Shown piece after piece: positions 58,280 to 64,000 of a stretch of 64,000 nucleotides of DNA. A program made the translations under genes and the position numbers. The stretch covers positions 310,001-374,000 of the forward strand of contig ML978129.1 in NCBI GenBank assembly GCA_010015805.1, given 5' to 3'. The notes under the pieces were generated by a model. The model made no database searches. It was not told where the DNA came from and worked only from the letters and a program-made list of their open reading frames with translations. The DNA is from Rhizodiscina lignyota. Taxonomy: Eukaryota. Numbering within the stretch: position 1 is the stretch's first letter; every line of letters starts with the position of its first letter.

Positions 58280-59350
58280 GATGGGAGCAGCTGCGGTTGT
58301 GAGACAGCTACCTAGCCTGAGGCGTGACGACAGCTGACTTCCGACACGGAAGAGCTCGAGGGAGAGAGGGTGGAAGTGCTGTAAAAGCAGAGGAGAGGAG
58401 AAGATGAGCCGCCGTGTAATGAAACGGCGTGCGGCTCAACTGTGTTCTGGGTGGTGAGAGGTGGAGGCTGAAGGTAGGTGGTGGAGGAGAGGTGAGGTGG
58501 AATGCTGGGGATGAAGAGGAGAGGAGAGCTCGCCCCGCGCTATGTGCGAGTCGGTTCTGCCTGGAGCACAGTCGCCGCTTGTACGACACCTCCACGTAAA
58601 CCCGCTAATGGCCGCTTCACTGTGTCGGTTGAGTCTTGGTAATGCCGTAACACAGCGTTAATAATCGAACTCCTCAGATAGAGGCAAAATTGCGATGAAA
58701 TGAGATCGCGTCGAGCGGCTCTGAGCTCTGAGGCTCTTCGGCGATGACGACGGCTTTGCTCCGTGGGTCACGTTAGCGCCGACCGGAATACAGCGTCACG
58801 TGTGAGTTGCACACCGGTGCAGCAGCAGGCCCAGCCAGCAGCAAGGGCACGAATACGCCTGCCGGTCAACACATGCAGGTGAAACACTGATCGTGCGAAT
58901 GTCGCAACTCTGCTTTTATTTATCAACGCTGTTCAAATGCTAAGCCGTGAAGCCTGATCCTGTGCCTTGCTTCCAACCCCACAACCACCATGCCCCGGGA
59001 GGCAATGCGTGTCGGTACCAATACAAAGTTTTCGAAGCTAGTAGCGGAAAAGCTCCAATAAAGGATTCAACGCTGTAAAGCAGGCCATTCACATACAAAA
59101 AGCCCAAGCGCCGTCCGCTGCCCATGAAAGTTAGGTAAAACATTCGGGGTCTAAATGATGGTAAAGGGAGGGATCCTTAAATCCCACGCTCGAAGCCCAA
59201 CCCCAGTGCAATGAAGGAAACAAGTCATGACGTGGTCGAGGAAGAGAAACTGACATGAAGAGCCAAACCAATCCAGCCGAGGGGGTAATACCGTCCGCCT
59301 GATTTATCATACGCCGAGCAAAGCAGTACAGAGTGAAGTGCAAACACAAA

Positions 59351-59400
59351 GGGGTAAGGGGGATCTAATGCAGATAAGGGTAAGGGTAAGGGCAAAGGGG
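59351..59400 (+). repeat. (TAAGGG)n G-tract cluster directly after the Btz stop codon
   Basis: GGGGtaaGGGGG...taaGGGtaaGGGtaaGGGcaaaGGGG read directly. Confidence 0.7.
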
Positions 59401-59407
59401 AACACAA

Positions 59408-61597
59408 TTATTGGGGTTGGTAGTAAACAGTGCCCTGAGGAACTTGGGGATAATAAAAGCCATCGGGTGTAGGCGTCATCATCCCGCCCATTCCAGGCAT
59501 GGCATAGCTGGGTCCAGCATATCCTTCAACAGGCGCTTGGTAGAGCTGCGAAGGATCGTAGTAGTAGACCATGCCATTCGTTTCGTGCGCGACCATGTTA
59601 CCCTGGCCTGCCGTCGTGGGATTCTGGGGTGCGGGCGCCGGAACAGGTGCAGCCACGGCGGGGACGATGTATGCGCCATTCTGCCCATTAGGCACGAACA
59701 TTGGCGCAATGACGGCACCACCAGGCATCGGACCAGAGTATTGTGGTGGAGCACCATTCTGGGGAGGGTAGAAGTACGCTGGCTGAGCCGGGTATCCTTG
59801 AGGGAACCCTTGCTGATATGGTTGGAAGGGCTGCGCATGGATTGCACGCTCCGGGATGTTGGAGAGAGGTGTACCAACAGTTGGTTGGCCGGGGAAAGAC
59901 GGTTGTCGCGAGTGTGGATACTGTTCCGGAGATGTACCGCGGTTCATATGAGCTGGGACTTGCTGGTGGAACGGCTGCTGCTCCTGCTGCTGTGGAGCAT
60001 GGTACTGGAGAGATTCTGGAGATTCTATGCCAGAGACAGAAACGTTCTTCTGAGGCCTCGGCTGATGCATTGGAATCGGACCAGACCAATTTTCCCGGAA
60101 AGTGGGTTTCTGAGGTAGAGGGTACGACTGAGGTGGAGGCATGCCGACAACAGGTGTGCCCGCTCCCGACATCGTGGCAGAATGGATAGGTGTTCCGTGT
60201 GCAGTGTGCTGTTGGGACCCAGGAGGCAGACGAACAACTGGGCGGGCAGCCTCGAAACCTCCAGGAGCCCGACCCAAGGCTGAGCCAGTGGGCGAGATGA
60301 GTCCTTCGCGACCGTATTGTCCTGCTAAGGACGACCTTCTGCTCATGCCAACACTTGGAGAGTAGATGCTGCCACCATATGCACTTGTGCGCCTGCTTGA
60401 GAAGCCACCGATCGAACCGAATGCTCTTCCTCTTCCTCTGCCAAATGCTTGTTGGTTCGGTCGCTGTGCTCTTGGTATGAAGATGAAGGACCGGTCTGTT
60501 GACGGGAAGATATATCGTACCGGACAGTCAGGAAGAGATATTCTGACTGGCTTGTCACGGCGAAGCGGTGGGCGGTGGTTCGGAAGTCGAGTGTACTGTC
60601 GGACAGGCACTTCCGAAAATGTAATCGGAGCTTTCATGCCTGGCAGGGACAGCCGAATCTGTATCTTTCCAATTGTTCGCGTGCTTGAGAAGGTGCGGTT
60701 TGGAGGAACGTCTTTGACGCCAGGTGCAATCGCAGAATGGGCAGGCGGTATGACTCTTGGAGCCGGACCTTGTCCTGCAGGTTGATGACTTGGCTTCGAT
60801 GCATCTTCGTTGAGCGTTTCGTGCAAGTCATGCTTCCAAGGGTTATTTGTAGCTTCGGCGGCCTGCGCCATGAGACTGATAAGGTACCTGTTAATAGATC
60901 TGAAGCCAAAACTGAGCGTGATGATGAATACTCACTTTGCTGGCGAGAAAGGACCGCCAACAGCTCCCCTCCCTCGTCCACGACCTCTTCCGAGCGGCCT
61001 CACTCCATTCTGACCATGACCAGCAGAGCGTTGATCGTGCATGAAAAATGCTCCACGGTTGGGAATGAAAGCTGGATCGGCGTCTCTCTTCTGCTTGTAT
61101 TCCTCATGCTCGCGCCTCCGCTTTTCTGCAAGTGTCTCGTGCTTGTTCTGAGCTTGTGACTCTGCCTGTGCTGCGTTGTCGCTCACGACTGGTTGAGCCA
61201 GAGTTTCGAAATCCACTGCCTCCTCTTTTCCCGCCTCCTTATTGATGTTGAGCCCATTCATCATTGCCTCAGTATCCTTGAGAGGAGTGAATGAGGTCTC
61301 GTTTGTAGCTGCATCGGGTGTGGGCTCTGTTGGCTTGACCTGTTCTTGTCCCTTGCTGCGGCGAAAGTTTTCGACTCCATTAACTCTGTGCAAAGACTTT
61401 GATGCAGAGGCTTCAGGTATGTCGGATTCGCTCAGGTCGCTGTCGTCCGCGTCGCCGTCTGCGTCGTGGTCGGTGGGGACCGATGCTTCGCTCTGCGAAT
61501 CCTCTGCTACCTCAGTGGCGAGTACGCCCTCCTCCTCGCCCTCGTCCTCAACCCGTCGGCGGCTTCTGACCAGGTTCCTGTGACGTTGACCAGGCAT
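59408..61597 (-). CDS. Btz/CASC3 (Barentsz/MLN51) domain exon-junction-complex protein, 2 exons
   Basis: Btz motif RDADPAFIPNRGAFFMHDQR...WKHDLHE; also HRPPLRRDKPVRISLP, RYIFP..DRSFIFIPRA and a Pro/Gln-rich tail. Confidence 0.85.
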
Positions 61598-62181
61598 GGT
61601 GATGGAGCCGACGAAGTCGAGAAGAGAGCGAGCGTTGCGCGTGCCGATGATGAGATATCCACGGTGACGGAAGGTGTTCCACCGTAGGCAGCCTCGGGGA
61701 GAGTGCAAGGGCCAGCCGGAAGCTTCAGGAATTTGCGCTCGGCTTCCCGAAGAGGTCCAGCAGTGGGAGTGTGCGCAGAACTCAGGTCGCGGGAGCCTGA
61801 GGTGCGGTTTGCGTGGAGGCGAGGGTTGGTGTGGAGTCGGCTGCCTCTCGACACGATTTTCATGGACACCGGCCAGCAGCGCCAAGCGGCTCGCGGCTCG
61901 CGGCTTTAATCAGCCACTGGGCACGGCCTTGCCCGATTCTTCCCCACAGTGCATGCTTACATGCCGCAGCGAAAACTCTCTGGAAATCGATCGCTGATTT
62001 CGACACATTTGTCAAGCGAGCTACTCTTTGAATGGCTCTCACGGATATGGGTGCCGGTTTTCTGCTCGAATCAGTGTGTAGCGTGTCGTATCATTCACGT
62101 CATTTACTCGGTATCAAATTTCGGGACGAATTGTCTCTGCATTTGCATCTGAAGGTTTTGATAGCTCTGACCGAGCTTGAC

Positions 62182-64000
62182 CTAGCTCTCCTTCCCTAAT
62201 CGTGCCAGCTCCCCTGTAACAAAGTCCTCTGCGTTCATCAGCTCTGTACTTCCGTACACTATACGTCGTTTGGCCGTCACAGAGGGCGCTCCTGAACTAG
62301 CAGCGCTGGTCCTCTTTGCCCATTCCTGAAGATTGCCATACTCATCCATGCTACCACCTCCGACAGTAAACACTATCGCTTCACTAAAACCTTGACGCCT
62401 CTGTCCAAAGCTTGCTTCAATGCCACGTCCGACATTGCCTAAGCTTCCGGGCATATTGCTCTGCTGATTTCTGACTTGGGCGGACTGCGGCATGGTACCT
62501 CGAGCATTCGCAGAGCGAGGATCAAAATAAAGGTAGCTTTCTGTCTTTGCAATCGCAGACGAGGACGCATTCTGGGGATCCATGAGAGATTCAGTGATCT
62601 TGGTGAGAGTGAAGTCCTTGTTGGCGGGTAGAAAGTTCTTTACTCCTGAGATGAGGTTTTCAAAGTTAGCCCCGAGGCCAGCATCTTTGAATCGATCCGT
62701 TAGCCTCGATGATATGGAGCTGAAGCCTCGGAAGAGCTCATTTGATGCTGATGGCTGAGAGACCTGTGTTGGCGCTGAGGACATCATGGTCATTCGTGTA
62801 ATTTCACGAACGCTATCCTTATTAGCCGACTATTTAATGCCATGTCAAAACGAGACTTACCGCTTGACGTAGGACAGCGCTGTAGTCTCGACTCCAGCTG
62901 TCCGTAATGCCTCCTCAAATCGATCCATGTCTTGCCTCGTGACCTCTTGCTCCGTGCTGAGGTACCAGATGATAAACAGTCTTAGTTTATCGAGCGGCTC
63001 CTTGCCATTGTCATTCCCATTGATTAGCTCGAGGATTTGCTGCTTCGTTTGCTTGGTAATGTTCTCTTCCAATTGGAAGAAATTGTCCAACTGCCTGTCC
63101 TTGATACCTTTCAAGAGAGCCGTTGCAATGTTCATGTGCATATCCAAAACTTTCTTTCTTTCTCTCAACTCCGGCAGAAGGGTCATCGCTGTCTTCAGAT
63201 GCGCTGTTGGCTGACTCATCTCGTTTTGTAAGTCTTCTATTGATGAAGCACCTGTTCTGCGCGTCACATCATTTGCGTCATCCTTGTAGCGTGTCAACTC
63301 GGTATCAATATCTTCTGCAACCTGTGGGAACGGCACGCCAGCATTCCGATTCCAGAAGAAGTCGTTCGCATCGAGGCTGTAGTCGCGCTTTGTAAGACCT
63401 TTTGATGGGTTCTCTTCATCTATTGGTGTTTCTAGCGTGATTCGGTTCAGGTGCATCTTCAGCACGTCTTTCACAAGTGACTGATAGGTCCAGGAATGAG
63501 AGAGCATGGGTATTAGGTCAACGTTTCGATCAATGATGATGAGAACAGGTCTTTGGGTGGTCGATGGTACCGTGGTATTTTTGGCACTGGAGAAAAGGTT
63601 ATCTTTCGAGTTGAGAATATGATCGCGCAGCTTCCGGTCGAGTTTTGCGGCGATCATCTCAGCGGCAGCACCTTTGGGGCAGCGAATGATAGGGATTGTG
63701 CCTGTCCTGGTCAGCCACGTAACCCATGCGGAGAGGAAACCACGTATACACACCCATCGTGACCACGACACTGAAAAGCCCGCTGACAATGCGGTCCACC
63801 GTAACGTCCAATTCCTCGTCGGTTGTCTGCGCACTGTTCATAGCCCAATACGTCTCCTTTCCCATTCCCAGACTAAACAGGTCCGGCTCGCTCACGATGA
63901 AGTTCAGATACTGATCATATAACTGTGCAATATGTTCTGCGGTGCCATTTGTCGCCGTTTGCGTGGCAAACTCTTCGAGAAGCGGTCGGGGTATGGAAGT
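62182..64000 (-). CDS. SLY1: Sec1/Munc18 family protein SLY1, 5' part outside the window
   Basis: Motifs YDQYLNFIVSEPDLFSL, PIIRCPKGAAAEM, RPVLIIIDRNVDL.PMLSHSWTYQSL, DKLRLF and IVFTVGGGS..EY..L...YGSTEL. Confidence 0.93.

Noticed and set aside
58660..58680. GTTCGA B-box-like sequence (minus strand) as a tRNA
   Set aside because: No cloverleaf stems or A-box around it.
59411..61159. Plus-strand ORFs up to 235 aa opposite Btz
   Set aside because: Antisense shadows of Pro/Gln-rich coding sequence.

Overview
Eukaryotic, intron-containing DNA from a filamentous ascomycete (Pezizomycotina): short introns with GTRAGY/GTAYGT donors, CTRAY branch points and YAG acceptors. I read about 27 protein-coding genes plus one gene remnant. 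The flanks are mostly conserved housekeeping genes. Left: CENP-Q/Okp1-like, AcuM/RDS2-type regulator, SPO22/ZIP4, MRPL16, GNAT, MMS22/Mus7, a TF-like/SDR pair and LCB1. Right: ORM1, SnoaL-like, NBR1, Btz/CASC3 and partial SLY1. Between LCB1 and ORM1 (~23-52.4 kb) is a ~30 kb block with no recognisable core gene: four MFS transporters, a Zn2Cys6 factor, secreted carbohydrate-active enzymes and poorly characterised enzymes. The best candidate for an undescribed system is a compact module: tandem alpha/beta-barrel protein + ACS-family MFS + Zn2Cys6 factor + AtuA/DUF1446 enzyme, possibly with the tannase. Three of its promoters carry the same TCGG-N9-CCGA palindrome. The second candidate is a stand-alone YrdC/TsaC paralog with an altered amino-acid pocket, divergently paired with a Dal5-type transporter. 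I recognised no tRNA, rRNA, CRISPR or intact transposon. All family calls come from motif recognition by eye, not database searches, and exon boundaries are manual.
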